This document shows positions 16,248 through 25,800 of a DNA stretch of 36,712 nucleotides, in pieces; position 1 is the first letter of the stretch, and each line of letters opens with the position of its first letter. This DNA is from a virus (Duplodnaviria > Caudoviricetes). The translations under genes were made by a program, and so were the position numbers. Location of the stretch: IMG/VR virus record IMGVR_UViG_3300048026_000602, positions 1-36,712 of that record, one strand, 5' to 3'. The notes below the pieces were generated by a model. It was not told where the DNA came from. It ran no database searches and saw nothing but the letters and a program-made list of their open reading frames with translations.

Positions 16248-17003
16248 ATGTCTAAGCTTGTACAAAACAAGCGTCCTGATCTAGAGAATGTAATAGCGAC
16301 GGACAAAGAAACGGAATTAGGTCTTATCCCTGCGTGGTCCCACTCGGCTTTAAAAACTTACGAAACTTGTGCGTACCGTTCTTATATATCTAAAGTAAAA
16401 CGTGTACAAGAAGACTATGGTCCAGCAGCCGCACGTGGTACAGAGATACATGACCAATGTGAAGCTTACGTTAAAGGTGAGTTAGCTGAATTACCAACTG
16501 CATGTAATAAGTTTGAACAAGAGTTTAAAACTCTTAGAGAAGAATTTGCTAATGCTAATGTAGAACTTGAAGGAGAATGGGGCTTTACTTTAGATTGGGA
16601 ACCTTGTGGCTGGATGGACCCTGTAACATGGGCCCGTATCAAGTTAGATGCAATACACCATGAAACAGAAACATCAGCAAGAGTTATTGATTACAAAACA
16701 GGCAAAAAGATTGGTAATGAAATATCTCATAGCCAGCAAGGGATTACATACGCAATTGGTAGTTTCTTTAGGTACCCTAACTTAGAAAGTATACAAGTTG
16801 AATTTTGGTATTTAGACCAAGCCGAAACTACAACTCAAGTATATACGCGAGACCAAGCTATGATGTTTATGCCAAAACTACATCAGCGAGCTTTAGACAT
16901 GACTACAGCTACTAAATTCTCACCTAACCCATCAAACTACAACTGCAAGTGGTGCTCATTTAAAAAAGGTGAACATCCTATATGTGAATGGGGTGTAAAT
17001 TAA
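16248..17003 (+). CDS. PD-(D/E)XK Cas4/RecB-like exonuclease
   Basis: WSHSAL...C, RGTEIH, KLD, IDYKTG, Q...Y, C-terminal CKWC...C. Confidence 0.9.
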   Translation: MSKLVQNKRPDLENVIATDKETELGLIPAWSHSALKTYETCAYRSYISKVKRVQEDYGPAAARGTEIHDQCEAYVKGELAELPTACNKFEQEFKTLREEFANANVELEGEWGFTLDWEPCGWMDPVTWARIKLDAIHHETETSARVIDYKTGKKIGNEISHSQQGITYAIGSFFRYPNLESIQVEFWYLDQAETTTQVYTRDQAMMFMPKLHQRALDMTTATKFSPNPSNYNCKWCSFKKGEHPICEWGVN

Positions 17004-17066
17004 TGTATAATAAAAATATAGTATTCAACCAACTAACACAGAATACTAAACAACGAAGGATGAATT

Positions 17067-18428
17067 ATGAACAATGTTATAATACCAGATGCTTACGACC
17101 ATCAAAGTAAGACTTCCGAATTTATAAAAACCCACCCAAGATGTTTAATTACATCAGACCCTGGTACAGGTAAAACACGTTCTGTTTTAGATGCTATTAT
17201 AAATCAATCAGGTAAAACTCTTGTGTTAGCACCCTTATCTATACTAGAAGCTAGTTGGGCAGAAGATATACAAAAATTCCAACCTAATATAAAATATGGA
17301 ATTGCTTATGCTAAAAACCGTAAAAAAATATTTGAAGATACTGAACTTGAAATGGTCATTACCAATTTCGAAGCTGTTAACTTTCTACGTAAACATCCAC
17401 ATTACCTCAAAGGATTTTCTACCCTCGTCATTGACGAGTTTACTGCGTTCAAAAATAGGGAGGCCCAACGGTCTAAAAATCTTAAATCTATTGTTGATAA
17501 CTTTGACAATAGAATTGCTATGTCTGGTACTCCTAATAGTAATTCTATTTTAGACCTCTGGCACCCTGTATGTTTAATTGATGACGGCGACCATTTAGGC
17601 AACCGTTTCTGGTCTTACAGATCCCAAGTTTGTACACCACATTTTAATGGCTTTGCAAACGAATGGATTGACAAACCAGGGATCGAACAAGTTGTAGCTG
17701 ATAAACTTTCTGATATATCAATTCGTTACGCACTTACTGATTGTATCGACCTTCCTGACAATATTGTACGAAATGTATACACCAAACTTTCTCCACAAAT
17801 TTCTAAGATGTACAAAACTCTGGCAGAAGAGTCTGTGTTGTACACGCGTGCGGGCACAATCAATGCAATCAATGCTGCAGCTCGTGTTAAAAAGTTATTA
17901 CAACTTGTATCAGGAGCTATATATGACCAAGAAGGTAAAGCTACTTACATACATACAGAGCGTTACGATCTAGTTATGACATTAGTAGGACAACGTAAAC
18001 ACAGCATTGTAGCTTTTAATTGGAAGCACGAACGTGATGCGTTGATAAAGATTGCGGAAAAAGAAAAAATATCATACGAACTTATTGATGGGTCTGTACC
18101 CGCACATAAAAGAGTAGATATTGTACAAAGGTTCCAGGCTGGACAATTGCAGGTATTGTTTTGTCATCCACAGTCTACGTCCCACGGTCTAACTCTTACA
18201 AAAGCTACGGCAGCTATATGGTGTTCACCTACGTATAGTGCTGAACATTTTCAACAATTTAACAGACGTATACATAGGGCAGGTCAAAACCAAAAAACAG
18301 AAACAATTATGATTGCAGCCAAAGGTACTTGGGAAAAACAAGTATATGAAAAACTAAATGGTAAGTTAGGTAAAATGGAAAACTTATTACACATACTAGC
18401 GGAGGCCAAAAACAATGGACCCAAATGA
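17067..18428 (+). CDS. SNF2-family helicase
   Basis: DPGTGKT, IDE, SGTP, HGLTL, Q..RRIHRAGQ. Confidence 0.92.
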   Translation: MNNVIIPDAYDHQSKTSEFIKTHPRCLITSDPGTGKTRSVLDAIINQSGKTLVLAPLSILEASWAEDIQKFQPNIKYGIAYAKNRKKIFEDTELEMVITNFEAVNFLRKHPHYLKGFSTLVIDEFTAFKNREAQRSKNLKSIVDNFDNRIAMSGTPNSNSILDLWHPVCLIDDGDHLGNRFWSYRSQVCTPHFNGFANEWIDKPGIEQVVADKLSDISIRYALTDCIDLPDNIVRNVYTKLSPQISKMYKTLAEESVLYTRAGTINAINAAARVKKLLQLVSGAIYDQEGKATYIHTERYDLVMTLVGQRKHSIVAFNWKHERDALIKIAEKEKISYELIDGSVPAHKRVDIVQRFQAGQLQVLFCHPQSTSHGLTLTKATAAIWCSPTYSAEHFQQFNRRIHRAGQNQKTETIMIAAKGTWEKQVYEKLNGKLGKMENLLHILAEAKNNGPK

Positions 18429-18675
18429 ACGCGCACTTATTTTTTTAACTGAACAAATGCAAGATCTTATACAAGAGATTGTAAAACGAGAACCAGCAGC
18501 TATCGCAACTGCATTAATCTTTGCAATGAGTGAAGTGACTATGAGGCGAGCTATTGAAGAGCCTTCGGGCGTTAACTTAGCTGACATTATGGAACAGTCT
18601 GGACAAGAAGCATTACGCTTAGTAGACAGTGTCCACATGTCAGTATCTACCAACACTAAGGAGGTGTTACATTGA
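18415..18675 (+). CDS. Hypothetical protein
   Basis: GGAGG SD; coupled. Confidence 0.7.
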   Translation: MDPNERALIFLTEQMQDLIQEIVKREPAAIATALIFAMSEVTMRRAIEEPSGVNLADIMEQSGQEALRLVDSVHMSVSTNTKEVLH

Positions 18676-19046
18676 AATTAGAAAATATGGATGATTTATT
18701 ATCAGAACTACATAGAGTTCGTTTAGAAATTAGAGAGCTATCAGAACAAGAATCAGCTCTTAAAAAAATCAAAAACGAACTCGAAGCAAAAATTGTGAGC
18801 AACTTGGAAGATCAAGGCATTGACCAAGTAGCAAACAACAAGGCTACAGTTTCTATTAAAAAAGAAATTGTACCGACTGTAGAAGATTGGGATGCACTGC
18901 AAACTTACATTGCTGAAACAGGTATGTTTGAGTTAATGCAAAAACGTGCGTCTGCAACCGCCTACAGAGAACTACAACAAATGGGACAGGACGTTCCAGG
19001 AGTTAGAGCGACCGAGTTAACACGTGTTAACTTTAGGTCTAAATAA
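18672..19046 (+). CDS. Phage coiled-coil protein in replication module
   Basis: N-terminal coiled coil; VEDWD, LMQKR, VPGV motifs. Confidence 0.75.
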   Translation: MKLENMDDLLSELHRVRLEIRELSEQESALKKIKNELEAKIVSNLEDQGIDQVANNKATVSIKKEIVPTVEDWDALQTYIAETGMFELMQKRASATAYRELQQMGQDVPGVRATELTRVNFRSK

Positions 19047-19077
19047 ATAATAACATTAAAAAAACGGAGAATGATCT

Positions 19078-19743
19078 ATGAATGATGTTGTATTAGTATC
19101 GAAAAGTGTGCCAGCGCACGCTAACAAAGGCGAAGGATTAGGTAATGAGTTTGTCACTACCGACCACCTTCAAACACCACGTGTAAAACAGCTGCAACAG
19201 TTGTCAAACGAAGTGGATGAAAACCATAGTGAATATATATCAAGCGCCAAACCTGGCGATTTTATTAACACTATAACCAGAGAAAACTACGGTAAAGATA
19301 TGTATGTAATAAACATAAAATTTACCGAAGAGTTTGTTATCTGGAGAAAGCGAGAAAAAGGCGGAGGGTTAGTTGGTACATTTAAAACTAACATCGAAGC
19401 TTTGGATCATCTCAAAGGTCAAGACTTACCAGTTGATGACTATGATATTATCCAAACTCAATCTCATCTTTTACTTAGGAAAGATGCAGAAACAGGTGAG
19501 TTAAGTCCTCAACCATTCTTATTTGACTGCTCCTCGTCAAAACTAAGAGTGTCTAGAGAATGGAATACTCAACTTAAATTAGCAGGAGGCGATAGATTTT
19601 CATCATTATGGAAGATGTCATCTGCTCAAACACAAAACCGAGCCTCTCAAAAGTTTTACAACATAGCTGTTGAGAACCAAGGTTGGGTTACTGACGACGA
19701 TTATAAAGCTGCAAAAGCTTTGTATACATCAGTATCTAAGTAA
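19078..19743 (+). CDS. Putative ssDNA-binding/replication protein
   Basis: PRVKQLQ.LS, AKPGDF pattern; position in the replication module (inference). Confidence 0.6.
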   Translation: MNDVVLVSKSVPAHANKGEGLGNEFVTTDHLQTPRVKQLQQLSNEVDENHSEYISSAKPGDFINTITRENYGKDMYVINIKFTEEFVIWRKREKGGGLVGTFKTNIEALDHLKGQDLPVDDYDIIQTQSHLLLRKDAETGELSPQPFLFDCSSSKLRVSREWNTQLKLAGGDRFSSLWKMSSAQTQNRASQKFYNIAVENQGWVTDDDYKAAKALYTSVSK

Positions 19744-19755
19744 TGTTGTTACATG

Positions 19756-19778
19756 GGTGCGACACATACTGTCGCACC
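19756..19778. repeat. Perfect 9-bp inverted repeat (hairpin)
   Basis: GGTGCGACA-CATAC-TGTCGCACC directly after the preceding stop codon. Confidence 0.7.
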
Positions 19779-19788
19779 TGTATGTTAT

Positions 19789-20082
19789 ATGAAACATAAA
19801 ATAGATAAAAAAGCGTTACTTGAATCAGTTACCGATACTGCAGTTGGCTTTGTTATAAACTTTCCTCTTTCCTGGGGTGTACTTTTTTTTATGTTATACT
19901 TTACTCAAGATGCACTTTACATCTCGTTAGTACAAGTAGCTATACTAACAGTAGTTGCAATTGTGCGTAGATATGTCACGAGGATATATTTTAAAGGTTT
20001 AACTTACAAGGATGAAAGAAAAAGACTTTATAAACAAGGTTCACAAAAAACTTCCAAAAGAAATATACAAATGGAAGATTAA
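19789..20082 (+). CDS. Two-TM membrane protein
   Basis: ES.TDT..GF.IN...RRY..R.F pattern; start placed after the hairpin. Confidence 0.65.
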   Translation: MKHKIDKKALLESVTDTAVGFVINFPLSWGVLFFMLYFTQDALYISLVQVAILTVVAIVRRYVTRIYFKGLTYKDERKRLYKQGSQKTSKRNIQMED

Positions 20083-20401
20083 TGATCCATACCATGGGGG
20101 CGTCCCAGATGCATTCTACTCAGGCCCTCAAGGTTTTTTGTTTGTTGAATACAAATACAAAGATGATCTACCTAAAAAAAGTAACTCAAAAATAAAAATA
20201 AACTTATCAGAACAACAAAGAATTTGGTTGCGACGCGCACACGATCACAACTTACCAGCACACATTGTATTCGGGTCAAAAAACCGAGTTGCCGTGCTTA
20301 CAGACCCAGATATACCACACATTTGCCTAGGACAATTTGAAAGAATTTCTTGGCCTTTTGACGATTACATTGCTTTTTTGGAGAAAATATGCCTAAAATA
20401 A
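20012..20401 (+). CDS. VRR-NUC / Holliday junction resolvase-like nuclease
   Basis: E..F, GVPD, FVEYK, LSEQQ..W. Confidence 0.85.
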   Translation: MKEKDFINKVHKKLPKEIYKWKINDPYHGGVPDAFYSGPQGFLFVEYKYKDDLPKKSNSKIKINLSEQQRIWLRRAHDHNLPAHIVFGSKNRVAVLTDPDIPHICLGQFERISWPFDDYIAFLEKICLK

Positions 20402-20628
20402 AAGAAGATATGGTAAACCACCCAACCCATTATAATCATAATCGGCTGGGGATTGAATGTATTAAAGCCATACAAGCTAGTATGACTAATGATGCTTTTG
20501 AAGGATACTTAAAAGGAAACATAATGAAATACTTATGGAGATACGAATATAAGAATGGAAAAGAAGACTTGCTTAAAGCGCAATGGTACTTAAACCATCT
20601 TGTAGATGTAAAACAAAATGACAACTAG
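20389..20628 (+). CDS. DUF3310 (T7 gp1.7-like) protein
   Basis: VNHPTHY, IECI, GNIMKYLWR..KNG.EDL.KA.WYL. Confidence 0.9.
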   Translation: MPKIKEDMVNHPTHYNHNRLGIECIKAIQASMTNDAFEGYLKGNIMKYLWRYEYKNGKEDLLKAQWYLNHLVDVKQNDN

Positions 20629-20893
20629 GTTTACTAGGCTTTCTAATTTAAACGGAGTAACTTCTAGTTTAGCTGATTCACCTTGCATTGGGATATGTTC
20701 AACAACTCAATGGGGCGATGACCGTTGTTCGGGGTGCGGTAGAACTTATAGTGAGGTCAGAGACTGGCATACTTTACCTGAAGTAGAGAAAAAATTAATA
20801 AATATTCGAAATGCTTCTGAAAAATATAACATTAGACAGCTAAAAGTAAGAAATCGCGTCAAACGAGCAGAGACGCCGCCTAAAGAATTATAA
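20618..20893 (+). CDS. DUF1289 Cys-rich protein
   Basis: SPCIGIC...CSGCGRT..E...W. Confidence 0.85.
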   Translation: MTTRFTRLSNLNGVTSSLADSPCIGICSTTQWGDDRCSGCGRTYSEVRDWHTLPEVEKKLINIRNASEKYNIRQLKVRNRVKRAETPPKEL

Positions 20894-20927
20894 GTCTTTT
20901 TAAGGTTATGCCCTTACTTAGGGTAAG

Positions 20928-20947
20928 AAAACGCTATACGTAGCGTT
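20928..20947 (-). terminator. Hairpin at the convergence of the early and late units
   Basis: AACGCTA-TACG-TAGCGTT with an A-run on the left (short U-run on the minus strand). Confidence 0.5.
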
Positions 20948-20964
20948 GTGTGAGGTCAATTTTT

Positions 20965-21057
20965 CTAATTTGTGGGTTTTTCTAGCAATTTTTTCCAAAC
21001 TCTAATAATTCGCCCTTCTTTCATGAACTTGTGAAATTTTTTAAAAGTTTCTACCAT
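20965..21057 (-). CDS. 30-aa basic peptide
   Basis: Hand translation MVETFKKFHKFMKEGRIIRVWKKLLEKPTN; overlaps upstream stop. Confidence 0.45.
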   Translation of the reverse strand: MVETFKKFHKFMKEGRIIRVWKKLLEKPTN

Positions 21058-21353
21058 TTAACCTTGTTTGCCCAATAAGCCGCAGACATTTTTCCTTTCT
21101 TTATGTTCCTTCCATGTCTGGCTTTAAAAGATTTTCTTTTTGCTTTCATCCTAGCTGACTCACCAGATTTTGGTTTACCTGCAGTTTTAGCTCCCTGCTC
21201 GCCAAACCTAATAGTTTTTACTTTGTCGCCCTCTTTTGCCACAACTACATGAGACTTTTTAGGGTGACTGGGTGTTCTTTTAGGTTTATTAAAACCCGAT
21301 ACCCCAGCTCTAGCTAATCTTGGATCTTTTTTACTTTTTCTTTTTTCTGGCAT
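21051..21353 (-). CDS. Basic phage protein
   Basis: IRFG.QG, RKSFKARH, SAAYWA...KW motifs recalled from marine phage proteins. Confidence 0.8.
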   Translation of the reverse strand: MPEKRKSKKDPRLARAGVSGFNKPKRTPSHPKKSHVVVAKEGDKVKTIRFGEQGAKTAGKPKSGESARMKAKRKSFKARHGRNIKKGKMSAAYWANKVKW

Positions 21354-21609
21354 AAGTCCTCACTCTTGTTGGCTTGCCGCCCACACCTTGGGCTTTGGCT
21401 CTTTTTCTTCTTACCGCACTTGTTTTTTGTGCTTTAGACATTTTAGCAGCTTTAGCGGCCGGCACACACTTTGGATAACCTTTCTTTTTAGTAGAGGCTT
21501 TTTTTCTGCCACATGGTTGGTACTTACCTTTTTTCTTAGGTCGACCAATGTCTACCCATTTTTCACCAAACCACTTAGTTAAGCCGCCTTTCGGTTTCCT
21601 AGTTGCCAT
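21331..21609 (-). CDS. Basic phage protein (DUF5872-like C-terminal part)
   Basis: L.KWF.EKWVD, PCGR, YPKCVP. Confidence 0.75.
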   Translation of the reverse strand: MATRKPKGGLTKWFGEKWVDIGRPKKKGKYQPCGRKKASTKKKGYPKCVPAAKAAKMSKAQKTSAVRRKRAKAQGVGGKPTRVRTYARKKKK

Positions 21610-21767
21610 TATTTATATTTGCCGCCTCTTTGTTTATAAGTTTTAGTTAACCAACCCGATGCGTATGCAGAAGGCCAAACTTTAAATTTACGTTTAGCTT
21701 CAGCTTTAACCCTAGAATATAAACTAGAGTTAGTAGGGGTAGCCCCTTTTCTTTTTTTACCTGCCAT
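21609..21767 (-). CDS. 52-aa basic protein (DUF5872-like N-terminal part)
   Basis: Hand translation MAGKKRKGATPTNSSLYSRVKAEAKRKFKVWPSAYASGWLTKTYKQRGGKYK; AAGGAG SD. Confidence 0.8.
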   Translation of the reverse strand: MAGKKRKGATPTNSSLYSRVKAEAKRKFKVWPSAYASGWLTKTYKQRGGKYK

Positions 21768-21801
21768 TTTAATTCTCCTTTATTATATTACCATAAAATA
21801 C

Positions 21802-22053
21802 TTAGGCTCGTTTGCGCCTAGCTGTTTTGGTTCTTTTAAAAGAACGGTTAGATTTACGAGATTCCATTCTAATGTTTTTTAATTTTGCGTTCAAAGGGTT
21901 GTTATCTTTGTGAGCTACATCTTTACCATCTCCTTTTTTAGCTTTGCCAGCACGTACCATAATACGTCTAGCCTTATTACGGCCGGCACGTCTTTTCTTT
22001 TGAGAGGATTTGGAGTGGTAGTTATCGTATTCTTTACGATAATTTCTAGCCAT
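21802..22053 (-). CDS. Basic minimal HNH-like protein
   Basis: RNYRKEY...RNKARR...GDGKDVAHKD..N...NRS. Confidence 0.7.
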   Translation of the reverse strand: MARNYRKEYDNYHSKSSQKKRRAGRNKARRIMVRAGKAKKGDGKDVAHKDNNPLNAKLKNIRMESRKSNRSFKRTKTARRKRA

Positions 22054-22234
22054 TTTTCTTTTTAAAAGCTTTATGAGCCTGTCTTATAGTATCACCCATA
22101 AGTAATCTTCTTTTCATAAACTTTTTATGCTCAGCGCTAGTACCTTTATTGTGCTTCTTTAAAGCAGTTTCTTGCCTTTTTGTAAGGCTTTTCTTTTTAA
22201 GCTTCATTGAGGGCTTTTTTATTTTTCTAGCCAT
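22046..22234 (-). CDS. Basic 62-aa protein
   Basis: Lys/Arg-rich; coupled. Confidence 0.7.
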   Translation of the reverse strand: MARKIKKPSMKLKKKSLTKRQETALKKHNKGTSAEHKKFMKRRLLMGDTIRQAHKAFKKKNG

Positions 22235-22329
22235 TATTTATAAAGTTTTTTTCTACTTTTTTTAACTGCTTTTTTAACCGCTTTTTTCTTTTTAGCGGGT
22301 TTCTTTTTTGGGTAACCATACATGCTCAT
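22234..22329 (-). CDS. 31-aa Lys-rich, histone-H1-tail-like peptide
   Basis: Hand translation MSMYGYPKKKPAKKKKAVKKAVKKSRKKLYK; GAGGAG SD; TAATG coupling. Confidence 0.7.
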   Translation of the reverse strand: MSMYGYPKKKPAKKKKAVKKAVKKSRKKLYK

Positions 22330-22334
22330 ACAAT

Positions 22335-22493
22335 TCACTCCTCTAACCAAGGGTCATAAAAAGGTTTATCATCTTCTTTTACTCCTGGTACCTCTCCACT
22401 ATGGTCGGGAACAGAAGATTTTTTAACCTTATTAATGTTTTTATAAGTAGTTGGGTCAGGAGTACCCATCGGTTTATTTATAGAATTTTCCAT
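22335..22493 (-). CDS. 52-aa hypothetical protein
   Basis: Hand translation MENSINKPMGTPDP...FYDPWLEE; fills the gap in the operon; weak SD. Confidence 0.5.
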   Translation of the reverse strand: MENSINKPMGTPDPTTYKNINKVKKSSVPDHSGEVPGVKEDDKPFYDPWLEE

Positions 22494-22505
22494 AAACACA
22501 GCTTA

Positions 22506-22880
22506 TCACACAGGGTCGGTTGGTTCAACAGGATCAGATGGATCTGGGGGGCCATATATTAAATTAGTAAAGGCTACATTATAGTTATCTGAACCCTCAA
22601 AGTGTTCTAGTATCCAGTTTTTTGCTATATCATCAGTAACCTCATCTATTTCTATAAAACTATTTTCGTCTGGGTTTACTTGGGATGGGTTAAAAGTTAA
22701 CATTTCACGTTCTAATAAAAAAGAATTACCGCTACCATCTGTGTCTGTACCTGTTATTGCATATTCTAAATTATATACAACATTTTTCCCGCCTTCTTCA
22801 AAGCGTTGGTGGTAAATAGTTTTAACAACAACCTCAAGTGAAAATGTATGTATATCATCAATTAAACTATTCCAAGCCAT
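22506..22880 (-). CDS. Acidic tail-associated protein
   Basis: AGGAG SD; follows the tail tip gene. Confidence 0.65.
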   Translation of the reverse strand: MAWNSLIDDIHTFSLEVVVKTIYHQRFEEGGKNVVYNLEYAITGTDTDGSGNSFLLEREMLTFNPSQVNPDENSFIEIDEVTDDIAKNWILEHFEGSDNYNVAFTNLIYGPPDPSDPVEPTDPV

Positions 22881-22891
22881 TCTCTATCTCC

Positions 22892-25800
22892 TTATGTACT
22901 AAACTTAATAAACCTAACGTCAACTCCGCCCACATACTGGTAGTTACTATCACCTTGGGCACCTATGAAAAAATTTAAAGTGCCAGTGCCAGTATACCTA
23001 AATGCTAAAGGAATATTTCCACTGTCTCTAGTGGAAGTTAATCTGCCGCTAGGTATCCAGTTCCCGGTCAAAAAACCTATATGAGGCGTATCAAAAACCA
23101 CATGACTTGCAGAGTCTTCTCTGTAACTCCCCTTACCGTCTATATTAAAATTAGGCCCCACATCATAAAAATATACACCGGTATTAACATCATAAATATA
23201 AGAAGCTCCATAAGTACCGTCTGATACCATAAATACTATAGTTTTTACTTGTCCTGCGTAAGACCCTTTATAGATCCTTGCAAAACCTTGGTAGAACCCA
23301 GCCCCACTGCCTATTTCTGCGATCTGCCTATAGTTAAAATCGTTGTCATGAAAATAACCTATACTCGGCCCTGTTTTTTCTCCTCCACGAGAAGGTAAAA
23401 ACAAATCAGTAGTTTCTATTTTAGTAGCAGTAATACTGTCAGCCTCAATCCTATCTGCATCAAGAAAATCTGATGTTATCTTCTCAGCGCTTAGGTTAAA
23501 TATATGAGCATCGGTAATTGTAGCAGTAACAATCTTTGCACCTTGTATAGTAGCATCGGCTATCTTAGCGTTGGTTATATTAGCATCCGCTATCTTAGCG
23601 TTGGTAATTACAGCATCTTTAAGTTTTGCTGTTTCTATAGTTGCATCTTTTATCTTAACATTCTCAATAGCACCATCTTTAATACGAGCTGTGTCTATGT
23701 ATACAACTCCAGCATCTACGATAAAAGGTGCAACTTCTCCTACGCCTGTAGAAGGTACAAGAGTAAACCTATCTGCTTGTACTATCACGTCGCTTTGTTG
23801 CTGCCCGTCTGGGCCAGTGCTACTTTGGATAGCAAAACCTGCAATATGACCGTTTGAATTTACTTGTAGTACATAAGAAGCTTCTGTTTGCCCTAGTGTA
23901 TTTGTAGTCGTTTCAGCTAACTGTAACACGCCTGCATTTGTTCCTATTAAAACACCATCTGTAATTCTAGTACTAGGGTTTACACTACTAGTAGCAGTTG
24001 CCCCTGCCGCTTCTACTTTTAATCTGGTCGCGTTAATTACCTCTATAACTTTATGAGTTCTGTTTATTTGTATTTCACTAAACCCACCTACAGACCCAAA
24101 GCCTCTTAGCGCTACAAATACTCCAGTTGTAACATCGGCAGCTGTAATATTGTGGTTAACAGTAGAACCCCCCGACATAGTTTGTATATCTATAAACTCA
24201 CTACCATCTGTAGTTCTTAACCTTCCATCAAAAGTAATACCTATTTCAGACTGTACTGCAGTTATTGCCGTAGCATTTGAACTAATCAAATCATCGCGGA
24301 CTTCTACCCAACTCGATCCATTCCAACGATATAATTTATTATCATCATCTGTATCAAACCAAAGGTCGCCTACAAGGTTTGCTGTTGGCTGATTATTTTG
24401 TGCAAAGGTTGTAACTGTAGAAGGGGATAAAGGTGCCCAAGTAGCACCATTCCATCTATATAATTTATTGTTATTATCTGTCTCAATCCACAAATCACCT
24501 GTTTTTAAATCATTTCCTGAAGTATTTCCGGGGGCTGATACCTGTGCAAAACTTTTGTTTTTAGTTTCGACTGTAGTTTCTAAACTGGAAATAGCCGAAG
24601 CGTTGGCCGCTACCCCTGTATTACTGTTATTAACCGTTGTTTCAAGAGCCCCGATTCGCGTAGCATGGCCCCCGGTCCCTGTTACGGTAATTTCTAATGC
24701 ATCAATTGCAGAAGCGTTTGCCGCTACCCCTGTGTTTGAATTGTTTACCGTAGCTTGTAAAGTAGTAATAGCTTGTGAATTAGCAGTAATTACTGAATCA
24801 CGAACGGTTTGCCAACTACTACCGTTGTACCTATACAGTTGATTGTCGTCTGTATCAATCCATAAATCTCCTTCTGTTAAAGTGCCAGTGGGAGCATTTG
24901 CTTGTCTGAAGTTTACCGGTATAGCAGTGACAGTGTTTGTTAAACTTTGAAAAGCACTAGCTACAGCTCCGCTACCTGTATATCCAGATAGAGCATTTTG
25001 CAAAGAAAGGATTGCAGCAGAATTAGATGTAAGAGTGCCATCAATTAGTGAAACTTCACTTTCCAAAGTGTTAATTGCACTAGAGTTAGCTGCTATTTCT
25101 CCGTCTTGTGCGTCTTCCCATTCTCCAGCAGTTATTTGATCTGCACCAATAGACCTAGCTACATATAATTGGTTACTGCTACCTGTGTGTATCCAAGTAT
25201 CCCCAATAGCTGTTGAGGTAGGCACTGTGCTTTGAACAAATGTAGTGGTCTTTAGGCCAATTCTTGGGTCTGTTACTTCTGCCCATTGTGTGCCATCCCA
25301 TCTATATTGTCTGTTATCATCATCTGTATCAAACCAAAGGTCTCCTTCATTTGCCCCTGTTGGCTGGCTATTTTGTGCGTATATAGCTATGCCAGAAGTG
25401 TCTGCAACTTCTTCCCAAGTAGACCCGTCCCATCTATACAGTTTATTGTTATCATCTGAATCTATCCAAAGGTCCCCTACTGCAATAGCGGTAGGAGCTG
25501 AAGTCTGTACAAATGTTTGGTTTTTAGTAGAGTTAGTAGTTGAAAGTGAATTTGTTAAACCAATTACGTTATTTGATATACTTACAATATCACCTGCATT
25601 TGTATTGATTGAAGTTTGTAACCCACTAATAGCAGTAGCAACAGCTCCGCTACCTGTATACCCAGTTAAAGCTAAATTTAAATTTGTAACAGCTGTGGCG
25701 TTTGCACTTATGTCGCCGTCGTTTGCAGTAATTTGTATTTGCAACCCATTAATAGCACTAGCTATTGTATTAGTTCCGTTATACCCAGTAACGGTAGCTT

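Noticed and set aside
19756-19790. dif/XerCD site
   Set aside because: Only partial resemblance (GGTGCG...TATGTTA) with the wrong spacing.
8078-20628. DNA hypermodification pathway suggested by the Nmad5-like and DUF3310 genes
   Set aside because: No modifying enzymes (thymidylate synthase-like, PurZ, Que/Dpd, glycosyltransferase) are recognisable in the window.
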